Origin: Cercozoa sp. M6MM
Taxonomy: Eukaryota > Protista > Endomyxa: Ascetosporea
Strand: one strand, 5' to 3'
NCBI GenBank assembly: GCA_040357565.1
Contig: JBDODJ010000017.1
Length of the DNA stretch: 64,000 nt
The notes beneath the pieces were generated by a model that made no database searches, had not been told where the DNA came from, and saw only the letters and a list, made by a program, of their open reading frames with translations. Positions 62,927 to 64,000 of the stretch are shown piece after piece; position 1 is the first letter of the stretch; each line of letters opens with the position of its first letter. The position numbers and the translations under genes were made by a program.

Positions 62927-64000
62927 CTACTCGGTGCGCTGCTGCTTCTGCGGCGGCTCCTCATTCGCCTCGGGATGCGATCGGCGCTGTTTGGCGGCCT
63001 GTTTTTAAGCACATAGACTTATTTGTGTTCTGGCTGAGTCTCCAGTCAACGCCCTTACCTTCTTCTTGCGCTGGTGGTTGCGTGCGTCCTGCGCTTGCTG
63101 CGTGTGCGACTTGCCGCGTGCCTTGGGGCCCCAGTTCTCCTGCGGGTTCGGCAGGAAAAGCGGCACCTGCAGGTCCGGGAGGTCCACCTTGGACCAGTCG
63201 AGCTCACTGCATCATATACACTACAAAAAATAATATGTGTATACTTGACTGGAGATACCGCAGCGGCGGCTTCTCGAGGAGCTTTCGTCGGAACTCGACC
63301 AAGTGCGACTTCTTCTTGTTCTTCTTGCTCTCCTTCTTCTTCTTCTCGGCAGTTTCCGGCGACTCTTGCTTCTGCCGCAAACCCGAAGTAGTACCCTAAA
63401 GAAACAACATTCCACGGAGAGTGTACCAGATGCTGCTTGCTCCACTGTCGGTAGATGTCGAAAATGTCGGCCGTCGTTGCGTCGGTCTTGAAGGCATCCA
63501 CGTCGGCGTGCGACCTCTAAGTGCATAAGTCTATGTTGGACAGACGAGGCAGGTGAAGAAGAAGGCCACTGCAGGCGATTACCGAGTACTGGAAGCCCGC
63601 GTTGATGAGTGCCGACGCCAGCTTGGCGTGCGGCAGCGACGGGCAGCCAAAGGCACGTGCCATGCCGCTCGTCGTGTAGTACAGCACCGAGTCCACCTCT
63701 GTCCATACGTACCGTCCACATGTACCGTCCATATGTCCCATATACTGGGGGAAGACTACCTTGGTGAGCCAGAGTGAGCAGTGCCTTGACACGCACCTTG
63801 GCGCCAAGCTGACCCTCCTCAAAGACTTCCTTGTTATCCAGCATCTATACAGAAGGAGGTAAAGAGTCCAAATGGCACCAAGTAGGGTGCGGGCTACCTC
63901 GAGTGCCTTGGTAAGGAAGTCCTTGTTATGCAGAGGGCCTGTCCAGATCGGTCCACCCAGCGTAAAGTTCTGGTCTGTCTCGGGACACTTAGCGAACTCC
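62927..64000 (-). CDS. TRM1: tRNA (guanine26-N2)-dimethyltransferase, 3' part (5' end beyond window)
   Basis: LGGPIWTGPLHNKDF, LYY, SALINAGF, SHADVDAFKTDA and FLPNPQENWGPKARG. Confidence 0.9.

Overview
Gene-dense, intron-rich nuclear DNA from a microbial eukaryote (lineage cannot be fixed from this window). It uses the standard code and short GT-AG introns of about 35-190 nt, so the six-frame ORFs are mostly exon fragments or antisense shadows. About 25 spliced genes can be rebuilt by hand. Recognisable products: ATP-dependent phosphofructokinase, a REEP/HVA22-like protein, a pseudokinase, THOC7-like, a PMP34/SLC25A17-like carrier, a tandem-BRCT protein, Spg1/Tem1 GTPase, a giant USP9/24/34-type deubiquitinase (~48 introns), a Spinster-like MFS transporter, an LRR protein, CMS1, a sphingosine-kinase-like enzyme, UTP15 and TRM1. 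Best candidates for novelty: (1) a spliced gene (28789-32286, minus) encoding a long coiled coil plus two tandem, catalytically dead Mrr-like (type IV restriction endonuclease fold) domains, head-to-head with the Tudor/MBT-like-domain USP; (2) an unusual intron system in which donors mostly lack +5G (GTAC-type), introns carry sense-strand C-rich/TTACCC tracts, (AC)n sits at 5' ends and (GT)n at 3' ends, and some motifs are shared between distant loci; (3) a 102-aa secreted prepropeptide missed by the ORF track. No tRNA, rRNA, CRISPR or autonomous transposon was recognised. Exon boundaries are inferred from frame continuity, and family calls come from motif recognition, not database searches.
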